Assembly: GCA_030141605.1 (NCBI GenBank) | Contig: JAQGDQ010000283.1 | Span: forward strand, 1 to 64,000 | Origin: Tubiluchus corallicola | Lineage: Eukaryota; Animalia; Priapulida | Direction of reading: 5' to 3' | Length of the DNA: 64,000 nt | Shown here: in pieces, positions 27,995-42,085 of the stretch | Numbering within the stretch: the first letter of the stretch is position 1 | How the letters are laid out: each line of letters starts with the position of its first letter | Made by a program: the position numbers and the translations under genes | Notes under the pieces: model-generated | Seen by the model: only the letters and a program-made list of their open reading frames with translations | What the model was told of the DNA's origin: nothing | Database searches by the model: none

Positions 27995-28095
27995 ATTCGA
28001 AGAATACCATCCGAGGATATACCTCGGATATATATATAAATTTTCGTTGCTTGTTTCACAATTAGAAGATATACCTCGGATGGTATTCTTCGAAT
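27995..28095. repeat. Perfect 22-bp inverted repeat with an additional internal hairpin
   Basis: ATTCGAAGAATACCATCCGAGG ... CCTCGGATGGTATTCTTCGAAT; internal ATCCGAGG-atatata-CCTCGGAT. Confidence 0.85.
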
Positions 28096-29963
28096 TTTGT
28101 AACATAAAGTAATGTAACATAGAATACTGCTTGCTTTCAGATTAAAAATATGTATGTATGTAGGAACCTAGCGACAAAGTAACACCTAAGAATTAGTAGA
28201 AAGTCTTGGTCAAACTGATACTGCCCAATGAAATAAAGTGCATTATTGCCTTATATTTTTAACATAAATTTTAGAGTTGCTGTAGTAATTACGCCGGGAC
28301 TTGAATTAGACTGGCAAGGTACATAAACTAAATGCCTGATTTTTTTTCAAAAAAATGAATATTTTTGTGGCCCCCAACTTGATGTTTTTGATGTGTACGA
28401 AATTTTTCGTCCTGCACTTTAGCTTCATTAACGTCAGCGTAAATTCAGATATTGCGCAGTAATAATGTTTCAGCTTTGACCTTGACTAACACAACGGTCA
28501 ACTTAAATTTATAAAAGCACAAGATCCAATAAGTGTAATGTTACCAGAAAATTGAAGAACGTACGTAGGCCTGCAGCTTTTGTACATTAGAATCCAGTAA
28601 ATCGATTTTTACTAGTCGGACAGTTTGTCTGTGGGCCTCTTTGTCAATACCCAATAGCTGAGGTGTCAGTCTGTTAGGCTGACATTTTACAAGTAAACTA
28701 GGAGTGGTCTACTAGCACAATTACAAACGCAATGTTTTACCTGATGAATTCTACACTCGTAATGTCATATTAACAGGAGCAAATAATATATCTCTGCTGG
28801 TGGTATTTCTTGCTTATCAACTAAAAGTTTGTCCTGTGGTACAAATATCTCACAATAAAGAGAAAGTTTTTTACACTTTTTTACATTACAACGTTATAGC
28901 TGCTCCCTAGGGTGACCATCAGGTTATGAAAAATGATTTCAAATGATCTAAGAACAAAAGAAATAGCCACACAGAAATAGTGATTATGAACAACACCATA
29001 AGGTATAAACAAAATCTATCATAAACAAAAAAATTAACAATGGAAGAAAAGCACTTATTCTGATTAAAGCCAAATATGCATGTTTTACAGTAAAGCATGC
29101 TCAAATATGTGTCTTATTCTAATAAAATCAAAATTCTGGTTAATTTGTCTAATATGGTTTGCCAAAGCACTTTAGGCTTTTAGTGCACGATATCTTCCTT
29201 ATGCTGTTGATGACTACTAGAAACCAGCTGAAACGTCGTAGTTTTGATACAAAAGAAGTATAAAGAAGCATTTCTTTGCTATGGGCTATTTGTACCAGTG
29301 AGCTAATATTTTTCTTGCAACTGGGTATCTGTAGGCTGTACTCTATGTCTGTTCTTTCTTGTTAGTTCGTCTTACTATGACTAACTAGGAATTATAGATA
29401 TCAAAGGACGCTTGTCAGTGAATTTTTGAAGCCAGCCCAATTTACGGTGCAATATTATCCGAAACAAGAATTTGATCAGCTCCTTTTATAAAGCAGTGCA
29501 CCCGCTTAATAATATCAGCTAGTCTAGACATTTTGACTCTTGTTCTCATTAGTACCAAGAATTTTTAAACAACTCTCAAAATTGTGACTTCACAGCCTCA
29601 TGGAATTATTTCTTTCACATTCCTTTTCATTTTTTTCATTTCAGCTGTTAAAACAAACATTCATTTTTGTGCCAAGCCATTTTTAGAACAAAAGATTTTT
29701 GCTTAAATAAAAGTCTGGCATTTTTGGCATAAAGGTAGAGCTAACGTGGACGCACGTGTTTAAATATTTAGAAGAAAAATAAACAAGAATGACGAGGAAT
29801 AATTTTGTTTAGTCCTGTTGAAGTAAACATTTGAAAAACTGTACAACTCTTATTGTTTCAATAATCATTTTTATATAACAGAGAGGTGAAGTATTGAAAA
29901 AATAGTAATAATTAATAACAAAAAGCGTAAAAAATTATTTAAAAACTTCTTAAAGTTTATAAA

Positions 29964-30752
29964 TCATTGCTCATCTAATTTTTCAGCTGAATTAACAACA
30001 ACTTTCTCAAGCTCAATTAAATGAGGTTTACCCGTATCTAGTGGATCAAACCATAGAGCTCTTATACACAGCACACAGTTCCACAAACCCATAATGATTG
30101 TTCCTGTTGCTGTGACGAAAAACCACACCATAGCAACCATCATTAGCGTCTCAGCACGACGCTGCTGTTTCCTTGACAACAAAGGTCGCACGACTCGCAC
30201 GAACGTGATTGGTCCACCGGGCACATTTGCAACCAATAAAATCACACCTGCGATAACAGTTAAAAAGTTCATGAACATGAAGAGGAAAAGGCAGTTACGT
30301 AATGGATGTCTTCTTGCTATAAAGCCCGTACCGCAAGTCACTAGGCAGATCACACCTGCAGCGACTCCGCCCATAAACAAAACAGTCACAAATGTTTTGT
30401 GTGACATCAGTAATACATCTGGCACAACACACAACGTACCACTAACTAACAGGAGCGCTAACGTATAAGGCACATGGTCATAGACACCAAAATTTGTGAG
30501 TCGAGGCCTTTCTGGGCGGTACTCGTTTGGGGGAGCTGACGTTGTTCTTGTCAAGGACCTAGTATTGCTATAAATTCCTTCTCTAGCAAGAGATCTAGAA
30601 TACGCAGAAAGACCTTCTTTTGTTGGAATGAGGAGTGAATCCCTTGCTTTACTTGGGTGGAAAAGTTCCTCATCGAGGTCTCTTGTACAGCTGGCAATGT
30701 TCTCATAAATGGGCTCGTTTAACACCCGGGGCCTGTCATAAATCTTAGACAT
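29964..30752 (-). CDS. MS4A/CD20-like four-transmembrane protein 1 (about 262 aa) with a Tyr-motif-rich N-terminal tail
   Basis: Within ORF 29964..30818. An acceptor ttgttctgttccag| at 30796/30795 makes the ATG at 30752 (MSKIYDRP) the likely start. Four hydrophobic segments; TM1 motif GTLCVVPD matches GVLCMVPD in the paralogue; TM4 ends CIRALW. Confidence 0.8.
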   Translation of the reverse strand: MSKIYDRPRVLNEPIYENIASCTRDLDEELFHPSKARDSLLIPTKEGLSAYSRSLAREGIYSNTRSLTRTTSAPPNEYRPERPRLTNFGVYDHVPYTLALLLVSGTLCVVPDVLLMSHKTFVTVLFMGGVAAGVICLVTCGTGFIARRHPLRNCLFLFMFMNFLTVIAGVILLVANVPGGPITFVRVVRPLLSRKQQRRAETLMMVAMVWFFVTATGTIIMGLWNCVLCIRALWFDPLDTGKPHLIELEKVVVNSAEKLDEQ

Positions 30753-30884
30753 ACCACGTCTCTGATGCAGACTTCCGCAAATTGACTTGGTTAATCTGGA
30801 ACAGAACAAAAAGATCATATAATTAAAGACGGTGTCTTTTTAATTAACCTGAAAAGCAAAATTGTTAAGTTAAGCCGATTAACA

Positions 30885-30979
30885 ATGCACTGACTTTGTA
30901 CAGAGTAAAATTAAATTGTTGCTGGACATTTCATTGAAAACTCATTCTGCTAAGCAAAAAATAATTAAAATTCACTACA
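30885..30979 (+). repeat. About 95-bp dispersed direct repeat, copy 1 (copy 2 at 33007-33100)
   Basis: ATGCACTGACTTTGTACAGAGTAAAATTAAATTGTTG...AAAATTCAYTACA is near-identical in both places. Confidence 0.9.
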
Positions 30980-33006
30980 TTCCATTTTTCTAGGCTGACA
31001 ACTGAAAAAGAATGTGAAATGTTATCTTGCTCCAGTTGATAGTAAAATACTCGCAAAAATTAAAAATTGCTTATCATAACAAAAAACATAAAGCCTCTAT
31101 CAACGGTGCTATGTGTAGGTGAAGGTACCACTAGGTCCTGTTTTATTTTTTTGTGGTACAGTACCACAAGAAGCTATGACGCCTCGAATGGTCCATTGTC
31201 AGCTAATAAACTTAGTCTTTAAAAAGAATATCTGCAAAAAATAACTGATAGCAAAAGTATTCATCGACGCTATACAAGGAATAGATGATTAATTTCTGGA
31301 GGACACACGTGGACAGTTGGACACTTGAGCTGTGACTAATCAAATAAAGTAAAAAAATACCCTGGTATATTTTGTCAGTTCCTATCAAATAAACACAAAC
31401 ATATCAACTTTTACGTGGCAGTACCTTAGTATGTACTACCCAAATTTTCCACTATCAGTCTATCATTCAAGCTACCTATTGTTCGAATGTCTACTGTCAA
31501 GCATGCTAAACCTAGAAATCATTACACTAATTCTTTTATCGTACTCCCATTGCTCAGTCTTGCTCACCATATAAAAGAGAACCCGCTAAAATTACACCGT
31601 GATTTCATCAATTAATTAAGCAGGACTTTTCATAGGAAGCAATAGACCATTTCTAATTCCCCTAAAGTTATTTTAACACAGACTAACTAGCGTTTGACCA
31701 ATGCGAAGTCCCGATGTATAAACAGGCAGCAGCCATGTAATGCGTTGGCGTCCTTGACTCAGACATGTCTGCCTGATAGATTCATGTTTTAACTTTTCTA
31801 ATCACACAACTCTTAGCCTTCTCGGAAAGTGTTTATGAGTGAAGCCACTACATTACACAAACACAAGCTGCAAGATGAATCCGACTCATACACGCCAATG
31901 GCTTCTTTAGTTACATTTTCGAATTCGCTGATGCCAAGGATAAAAAACGCCCACATGAGAAATAAATGCCGAATCTTCTCCAATTTATGTACAATCAGTA
32001 AATGGGAATTCCATTTGATTCTGTTTTTTCCAGCACCGTAGGGATAAAATAACACAGGGGAGTTAGCACGTACATTGTACACAATACTCATGGCAAATGA
32101 CAGCTCTACTCACTCTTAACATAGAACAAGAGAAATTTAACAATATTATTGAGTTAAAAATCTATATAGTAAATACTATTTCTTGCATACAATATTAAAT
32201 TAACCTACATTTGCTGAAAATTTATTTTCAAGCTGAAGTGGAAACAGGCAAATTACAATCGAAAATAACTGGTGCAAAAGAAAACATTTTTCTGACAAGT
32301 CTTCACTAAGCACACAAAGCTGATTCAGCAGCTGACAACTTATCTTTAATGGAAAAAACTATAAACGCCTTTATTCTAAAAACTTTGAAACAGCAACCAT
32401 TGCAATTATTATTATTATATAACTTTTTATTTAAAAATATTCCATTTTGCATTTAAAGTATCTAATTATCAAAACAAGTTATCAAAATAACGTATGATTA
32501 CAAATGCAATTCACATTAATATACAAATAAACAAGATTATAATTTTTCTTACATGTAAGTTTACAAATAAACAAAATTGTGAGATAGATCTTACATATTA
32601 ACATCAGTATATAAGGTCAAACTTATTACTTCAATTTTGTTACTTTAAGTAGGAGTAATATTAAAACAAGTTTATATTCCACGAGTTAATATGAGATAAT
32701 TTGTGAATTTTCAAAATTTCGTACTAATTTTCCAAACAAGTTGTAGACGGTCAGGTCGCTTTCAATAAAGATCGTTCTCAAATTAATAGATGGCAATTTT
32801 CTAATAAAATTTCTCAAATCTGTTTCTGTTACCAATTTACATTGAAAAATCAAAAGTTCTGGTGTTTGAATAGATACATTAAAACAATGACAACGATCAG
32901 TATTGCCTTCAACAACAAATTAAGTGTCGTCATTTCTACATCACGTTCATGATTCTCTGACTATATCCTTAAAGGTGACAATTCGGGTAAAATAACATTT
33001 GCCGAT

Positions 33007-33100
33007 ATGCACTGACTTTGTACAGAGTAAAATTAAATTGTTGTTGGACATTTTATTGAAAACTCATTCTGCCAGCAAAAAATAATTAAAATTCATTACA
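33007..33100 (+). repeat. About 95-bp dispersed direct repeat, copy 2
   Basis: Matches 30885-30979 with only a few differences. Confidence 0.9.
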
Positions 33101-36100
33101 GTCTGATTTGAATATTGAATTTTTCTCTTCCATGTGATTTTTATAAATCTTTCTATGTGTAATTTTGTTATAAGTAAAATATTCTTAAGGCAAATCACTT
33201 AACGCTTCGTTTCTCAAATTACTGTTTCTGCTCGTAGTCGTAGTTAAGTGCGACTTCGTAAGATGCAGGTTCGCAGTATTTCCTCACAAATACTTATTTC
33301 ATTTTTAAGTAGGCCTTCCCTGGACGGCTCATAAAAACTGAATGAACTATAATCACTATATGATGTGGCGGGAAGCGCTAATCAAAACAGGTCAGGAATA
33401 AAAGAAAATGGAAGCATTTTGAACAAAAATAAGAAAAAAAGATCACCAATAAACCAAAAATAGAAATCTCCTTTGCTTCTTTTATTGCTTAATGATGCAC
33501 TAGCTTATTTTAATCCGATAATAGCTATTGTAGATGGCACCACCTACAAACAAAATGGTGACAAAACAGGTTGCAACAAAAATGCTTCATTAACAGGTAA
33601 AACACCTTTAAACAGTCTTAGTTTTACCAATGTCATTGTATTTATAACTGTTATAACTTCGTTACTTGATCACGAAAGCAGTAAAAAATGATGAAAAATC
33701 ATTTCTATTTATCATAAGTAAGGAAATTTTTCACCTTCGGCACTTTTTGCACTCTACCTAAAGAATAATAAGGATAAGTCTGCGACTGTCTGCCACAATC
33801 ATAAGTTTGATAGCTCTGCTAATGATACTATTGATTAGCTTGAGTCCCATTTAACTGTAGCATTATAAGTCCTAGTGGGAGTTTTGAAGACTTAGTTCGA
33901 CACATTATTGTAAAGATCTTTCTTACCTAAAGCAAAAATTTTGATACGGAATACCTTGGCAATTAACAATCAACTTCTGTACATCCTTCTTGTAATGTGC
34001 AACTTGGTAGACACACAGTCAGGTGCTTGATCGTAGGTCATTGACGACGAAAGTTTGGAGCACAATAAAATCACGAACACCGTCTTGGACGAAGAACAGC
34101 AGTCCGCTTGCAAATAAAAACGCCTCAAAGACTTTGAAAACTTGTGTTCTATTCAAGTACTGCACCGTGCGAGGAAAATGTAAATAATTCGTGTTAAAGA
34201 GAAAAGCTGGAATCGTTTGTGGAAAAACTGAACTGTGCATACACTATACAGAACCAGCCAACACAGCCTAAATTTAGGCGCGCCAATGGGAGCACCAAGC
34301 ACCTAATTGCCTGGCGGCTGTTGCTGCAGCAGCTTCCTGACAGGATTAAAACAAAAATGCACGTTTCGTTTCAAAATGAAAACAAGCCAGAAAACAGGCA
34401 TCAGCTGACGCATATCGTAAAACTCGGCTACAAACCATTTCTGAAATTGGTCGCAACGTCCATTAGCCATGCTGCAATAATTGAGAGTTTTGAGAGGGTT
34501 ATAAAAACAAGAATGGTGTATAGTGGTATGCAGTAGTATCACATGAGGCACGTGCGCAAGAAAGGGCTTGCTCAGGGGTGATGAGAAACAGATGAATAAG
34601 TACAGGGCATATCATCAAATTGCTCGCTTTATTTCAGAGCTCTGATAAATTTGTAATTTTAATAAGTTTAGTGTGAGCTTTCTCTTCGAACTACGGTGGC
34701 ATCATGTTGTCATGGCCAGGCTGCCTTCAGTTATTCACACACCGGGCTTACGCTTTCTTCCTAATTTCAAATATACTGCACCGTTCAAGTGCTTATTTCT
34801 TAATATCATATGTAAATACTTAGTCTACTGTTCAACTTCTTGCTATTATTATCATGTTAAGATTACAAAAATTAATTTCTTAAGTTTGCCCTAAAATTAT
34901 ACCTGTAGCTGGTCGTTTAATTTCATAGGTACGTATTTAATTTCACATTAACTTGTTCAAGGGAAGTGCAGCATAAATTTTGTTTTTCAAAGCACAATAA
35001 CAATACTTACTTTTTTACGGTAGCTAGTTGATTAATTAAAGCAAAAACATCGCGAATTAATAATATTAAAACAAGAACAGTATTCCACTACTATTTTAGT
35101 TACATTTTTTTTCTTTTTTTATTAGTACTCTTTATTTCTAAAATGTTACATACAATGTAAATGTAAAATTAAAATCATATTTATATTAAAACTTGTATAT
35201 AACAAATTTAGAAAAAACTAATAACTGCAATTGGTGTCATACACTTAAAACCAAATTAAAACTATATACAAATGAATTGAAAAATTACAAAATACTCAAT
35301 ATAATACACAATGCAAAAGCATCAAGAATCAAATTAAAAATATACACGATTACAAATAGCAAAGCACAAAATGTACAAATTACACCAAAATTCATTTTAA
35401 ATGAAAACACTCAGTTAGTTATGCAAAGAGTTGCTACTTATGCAAAGAGTTCTGTTCATTGCAGTTTCGGCTTTATATATCCACTATTATATATAATTTT
35501 ATCACTTTTATAGTTTGGGTGATTTTATTTTTAAGTAGAGTATCTTTTAGCTGTTTTTAAAAGAGTTGACAGTTTGGACAGACATGACACCCGCACTTGT
35601 AAATATCTGAACTGATAAGTCATTTATTGTTAGACGACCATTTGATTACGTCAGTACGAAGACTAGTAGTGCACACCATTTTCACATGGCCGCATAAATT
35701 GTAAATACCCAACAAAAATATAAAAAAGCTGACCCGAGAATAAACAAATCGAAACCTTTGACACTGAAAAAAGCAGAAACCTGGTGACAGTAATTGTATG
35801 AACTAATTAATTTGCAAAATTTAAAAAAAATATGTTATGTCCCACCAAACATGACAAATAACTTTAGTCAACGTTTTCAGCATTAAAATGACTTTTGTCA
35901 GATGCGTTTCCGTCACAAATCTTGTGCCTCTTGTATACTAGGGCGTAGTGAAAAAAACTTTTCACAAATCTTTTTGGAACTTCACCCACTATGGAGGCTT
36001 GTGAAAAGATGTTCACCTGCAAATTTTCACCTTGCAATGTTTACCTGGATATTGGGATCACGTGTCCAATTTGTTCACATACTGGGTGTATTATAGTGCC

Positions 36101-39100
36101 ACATTGTATGTCACAGAAAATGAACAATTTTTGGACAATTGTTTTAGAACTTTATCTATCTGAAACGTTCACAAGAAAATGTTCTTTTGCAAAATTTTAT
36201 CTTTCTTCAACGTTGGGAACATGTGTATGTGGATCCACATAGACAGATGGGCACATTTTGATTTTTTATATTGTGTAGGGTCAATATAAGGAACAAAATA
36301 GCCCTAACCCTAAAAAAATATAAGAAAACGTTTTTTGGTATGTTCTTATTGTATTTGGTCTAGAACACAACATCCAAAATACGCCGAAATTTGAGTAGCG
36401 GAAACGACCTAATTACGACGTCTAAAATTATGACCAAGATGGAAGGGTATTTAGCCTACCTGGATGGTAAAAAAAATGCTGATTTTGATTCAAACGCATG
36501 CAAATTGCACAGTGCTCGAGCTCATTAAGGTGATTAATTTTGGTTGTGGCGTCAATGGCCTACAATGGCCTACAATGAGGCTGTTGCTAGTTTCTAAAAG
36601 CTCTTTCTTTGCTATCAGAGCAGACAGGATAATGATTTCGGTGTCTAAATGTAGGATTTCAAGGCCAAGGGATCCATATCTGTTGCTTAAATGCCCCTAT
36701 AGTATCACCGCATTTCAAGATTGCTGCTAAGATGGCTGAAAATGTTGCACAAAATGACAGAATTGCTCATTTTGCCTTAAAAGCATGAAACCTTAGACTT
36801 GGATATGGAGCCAACCGAAATTTATCCAGTATGGTCACAGCATTCAAAATGACCAACAAGATGACTGTTGCCAGCATGTTTGACCGCTGGTATGGTTCCT
36901 TGAATCAATATTACACAATTGAATTATAAAATGTGTTAGGTACATTACTACATTGTGCTTAATGTCTGGAACAGGCAATTGCCTTTTGTACATAACTTTT
37001 AATCAAATTCCGAATGTCATAATGTCATAGGCCCTGAAAAGCTGCGAGAGGATTTCAGATTTTGCCAGGGGAGGAAAAGATAGCGCGTATAGTATATATA
37101 CCATATAATATATACCACCATATATTATGGTATATATTATATGTACCATATATACATATATATATATACCATATATACCATTATACCATTATATACCATA
37201 TATACAATATACCATATTAAGTGCTACAATAATGATGGCCATCTACTGCCATAAGAAAGAAAATTGTTTTACTTTAAAGTCATCCATCAGCTATTGCATT
37301 CATTTACGATAAAAAAAGTTATAATATTGTAAGGAATCCGCAGTCCCGCGCGGCTTCTTTTCAGGATGTGTAGCATAGAGCGGATACGGGTGATTACAGT
37401 AAAATTAGAAGCAAAAAAACCGAGTAAATAAAACTTTATGGCTGAATATTAACGGTACGGGTCGATAAAAATCCGTCTTCGACCTATATCTAGTAATAAG
37501 CAAGAAGATCCTGTACCGCAGAGAACCTATTTATAAATTCAATGCTCGTTAACTCTTACGGCAGTTTAGCGCTAATTGCGTTAATTACCGAGAATGTTTC
37601 AGATGTTTGAAAGGGATCTTGAATAGGTTTTCTACTGCATGGGTCCGTGGCTGACTTGTCACCTTTATTCCAAGGAAGACGAAGCTTATATCATTTTCTC
37701 GCAATCCTAACGCTGCACCACCGAGGCACCTACTATAAATGAAGGTGTTTCTTCTCTTTCTGATCAATCTTATCTTGACCATTCAAGAAATATAAAGGAA
37801 ACACTGAACAAAATAATCGTAATACAGATATTCAACTAAAAATTTTCGATAATTTATTTTCGATATGTTGGAAATTATAATATAGAAATTTTAGAAGAAC
37901 CATAGACCAACATTACCGTACAACGAGTTTGTTGTTTCGATGCTTGGCAAAAGGGATTTTCAGTTGATTCACAAATTAACTGATCCTTAAGTATAACCTA
38001 ATAAAAACTGCACTGAGTAGGCTTGCATAATTATTCACTAAAAAGTGTAAATTATGTTTTCTTGCTTTAAATTTTTTGCTTTAAAAGATTCGAAGCAGTA
38101 TGTTAATTGTGTGTTTAGTTTAAAAAAACTGAATTAAAGTGTGTTTAGATTAAATAAAAATTTATAACTCATACTAGCATCTAGTGATAAAGAGAAATTT
38201 GCAAGTGTAGGGAAATTATAATGACCTATTTCGTCAATTAAATGAGAAAAATATAGACTCCGTGTATTCCATGCAAGTTAACGCTGAGTTAATATTTTTG
38301 TTTGTTGCTTGCTTTACTTGCTTGCTCATTCGTTCATTCGTTTTTTTTTGTTCACTCATTCGTTTTATATGTTGTGCAAAAAAGGCACTGACAACTAGTG
38401 CTCCCTTCTCGCCGACAAATAGTTCCTGTCTGCCACGGATTTCATCCATTACTCAGTTAAAAAATACAAACATTAGTATCTGCAAATTAATAATTACTAT
38501 CGGTTATATAAATTACAATTCAATTAATGGAATTTAAAACACTAGTTTAGCTAAACTTTCTGCTGCAGTAAGCTTACCGAGATGAACACAAATTCGTTTA
38601 TCAATTTTGTTGTCGAGAGATGGCGCTAAAATACATATGTGAACACACTTATAAAAGTCTCAATTTAATTTAATAAATCTAGTTTAAACAAACTGAGGAC
38701 AAAACAGATTTTTATTACTTGAGGTCGTTCACACTCTCCCTTGCTGCAAGGAAACCTATTTTTCTACCTTTATCTCCCAAAATCACCCACTCTACCAGCT
38801 ATCGTAATCATACCCATTATGTATTGTAAATGCAAATTTCAAGAGTCAAAATGAAAGAAAGTTAGCGATAAAACCTAGATCGAAATAAGTTTACATTAGC
38901 AAGTTTCTTGGTTTTGAACAAAGCCTTTGAGGCACTGTTGGACAGGTTGTTACCGCTGGAGATTTGTAGGATGTCTTCGAGTATCTCTTATTACATTACA
39001 TACATTACATTATTTTATTTATCTCTTTTATGCACACATAAAAAAACGGATGAGGAAAAATAGTAACAGTAAAAATGACATATGAAATCAAATAAAGATG

Positions 39101-42085
39101 AAATAAACTTACACCGAAAAAAACAAAGTGGCACTGTAACAAACAAATGAAAATGGACGTTAATTTATGCATAGCATAACAAATTAATGAAAAATATGAT
39201 GGTACAACGACAAACATACATAGACAACAGAAAAACGTAAAAAAGCAGCATTATAATATCACCATACAAGTTTTCAACATTTATATTTTCAGCACCAGCA
39301 GAAAAGAGGGATTGTAAAATTGAATGAGCAACAACAATAACAATAATAATTGAATACAGAAAAAATAATAAAGACATGTAACTAAAATAACCAAACTGCA
39401 ATGGCAACAACGAACTGAAATGGCAGTAACTTGAAGATAATGAGCAACTGAAATAAGTCAGAATTAATTACGTATTGTGCACCTATTGATAACTGGCCAA
39501 CAAAATCAGAATTGAAACCAAAAAAAACAACATGCTCCACATTATATATACCTTAAGCACAAAAAACAAAAACATGCTAAACTAACAAAACTCCATAAAT
39601 TGATAAGAATTAATTTCTGTAGAAAATTATAAAAAATCTACAGCCAATAACCATTCAATGAGGAAATAGCAAAGATAGCGAAAAATAGCTTGAAACAGAT
39701 TAACAATGTGCATATGCTAGTTAATGCTAGTTAACAAAACAGTTACAAGCAGGCAAGGCACCGTGTCTTTCCAATTAGTCGTTGATATTCAAAATTTAAT
39801 AGTTTTCCTCAGACATTCATTACTTTTTGTGAGTTGATACAGCTAACTGTAAGAGCAATGTTGAGTACTTTTTATGAATATCCTGGATCTGTTTATATAC
39901 AAAACTATGAAAATATGAAAATAAAATGCTAGTACTGTAATTATACTCAACAGATAATCATTAGCAAAATCATATTTATTAATAAAAGTTCCACTATATT
40001 TCGATACTAATTTACTGAGTGATCCATTTTTTATATTAGGTAGCAGTGAATTAATTAATTTCACACCTTGATATTTTAAATGTTACTGTCCTTTAGTAGT
40101 GTTAAACCATTCAACAAAAAACAAATGTTTAGACGCTGATCTAATATAATGACTGTCAATAGTGGACACAGGTGTATAATAATCCATTTAGAAGTTCGAC
40201 AGCATATTGCTTTTAAAATATATACAAATTCTAAGCCATTTCTCACTTATAGATGTCGGCTAGTTTTAACAGACCAACATATGAAAGTATGGCATGGTCC
40301 CCGTTTTCTCTGAAAAAGTAATTCGTTGATCTACTGAATTCTGGAGGGTTGTTAATTGTTCAAGCCCACACATCCTCCAGTTGCTAGAGCAGAACACCAG
40401 CTCAAATGCTTTATTAAACATACATTTTCCAAATTGTCAATATTATCTGGCGCAAATAGATTTGACAGCAAAAAATCCAGTGTAGAAGTTTGAACTATTC
40501 TGTAAGCATTAGGTGAATATTTCAAAATTCTGTAAGTGTTATATGAATGTTTTACTATTTTGTGATACTGTTTTTTACCAAGGTATTTTGCGATATGTAT
40601 TAACATCCACGAAACAATGTTTTAATTTACCTTTTATTAATATCATGGTTTCCAAAATTCAAATTTGCTAATTGTAACTAGCTATCTGACCGACAAACAG
40701 CTCTTAATTAGAAGCAAGAGCTTGAAGCTTGAACAATCGCAGGCCACCTGGACGTCATTCTGAATTTTGAACTTAAAGCTGCTTTTAAAAAGACTGCATA
40801 ATTTTGGCAATATATGCACCGTAAGACCTATGCTTTCAAAAGACGATGTCAAAAGAAACATGTCAAAAATTCAGGAAATTCCCACATGCATTAGGAACTG
40901 TGGAAAGCAAATAATTTAAAATGATTAGACAGTTAGACAACAATTCACTCGCGCTCATTATTATTCCCATATATACATAACCACAGTAATTACTGAAATC
41001 CTGTTAATTTGGTAACATATGTATCTGCAACCTCGTACGAAAAATTGTACTTTCAGCGTTTTTTTTTTGCTTCTGCCATTATGCTTTTAGTGGCTATATG
41101 AATGTTTGTTTTTATGTCTTAAAGTAATAACTGAAAATCAAATAGGTCTCCAGTACGTAGTTGAGAATCTCTTTGCTGAAACTGAAAATATGGATGCATC
41201 GATGCCAGATAGAACCATACGTAATTAAATTAATCAAGAAGTGGAGTAGACCTGCGTCACATTTTCTCAGAAGAATGAATTTCAAATTTTTAACGTACAT
41301 ACTGATGAAGAAAACTACATAAGTTGTAAGCCAAATGCATATAGAAACACAAATTTATTCACTATAAATGCAGTGCAAACATCAGACGTATCAACGCTGA
41401 AACAAAACCTGAAGCCTCGCGATATCACAGCCAAATTGATAGTACTCAAGTTTTGTCAAAAATCTCTTTATGTTAAAAATGTCGTAAATATGGCAAGTCA
41501 TGGTATTACTAACCATAAGTCATATGACAAATATTTTTGCTACATATATCAAATGACATATTAAATTTGTACCAAACAGAATATAAAAGCCACCATTGGC
41601 ACCTGCACACTCAGCAACGTAACGCAGTTATATACAGTATGATTACAAAATACACACATTACGATTTACATGGTAAAAATAAAAGTCCCCTCGCATTATG
41701 TTTCATGTTTAGTAAGTACTAGCAAGATAGGTGACTGCAAGCAAAGCTAGCTCTCATTAGTAAGTGGATACGTGACCGCGTGATGGTTTCAGCTGCTCTA
41801 CTGTCTTCAGCTATTGATCTTATTGAGGCATGATGTAATAATGTTAATGAAGTTAACTTAGCAGATTCATCTAAGAAGACTACCATCTTATTACCAAATG
41901 CTTGATACTGGCTTGCAGTGTACAGAAAGTCAAAGAGTCTAAGTCTGTAATAATTCCTGAAAGTTCTGTCTGATAATATACAAGCCAGTCTCAAAAGCGA
42001 CATATTACCTCATCTCAAATCAGTCTATCAATAACAAGCTTTCAGTTCATTTTGATTACGGTGCGTGACAATAGCGCTACTCTCG

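Noticed and set aside
29203-29240. CTGTTGATGAC...GAAACGTCG resembling a Penelope-type hammerhead ribozyme (also CTGATGAG at about 15810)
   Set aside because: The core is mutated and stems I and II cannot be closed convincingly.
30094-30468. Antisense ORFs over the tetraspan genes (also 50294-50638 and 42578-42775)
   Set aside because: They are shadow frames of real coding sequence.
31813-32091. 92-aa ORF upstream of tetraspan paralogue 1
   Set aside because: No recognisable domain and no clear GT donor linking it in frame to the gene.
41719-42003. 94-aa ATG ORF just downstream of tetraspan paralogue 2
   Set aside because: No recognisable motif; most likely a chance ORF in the 3'UTR.
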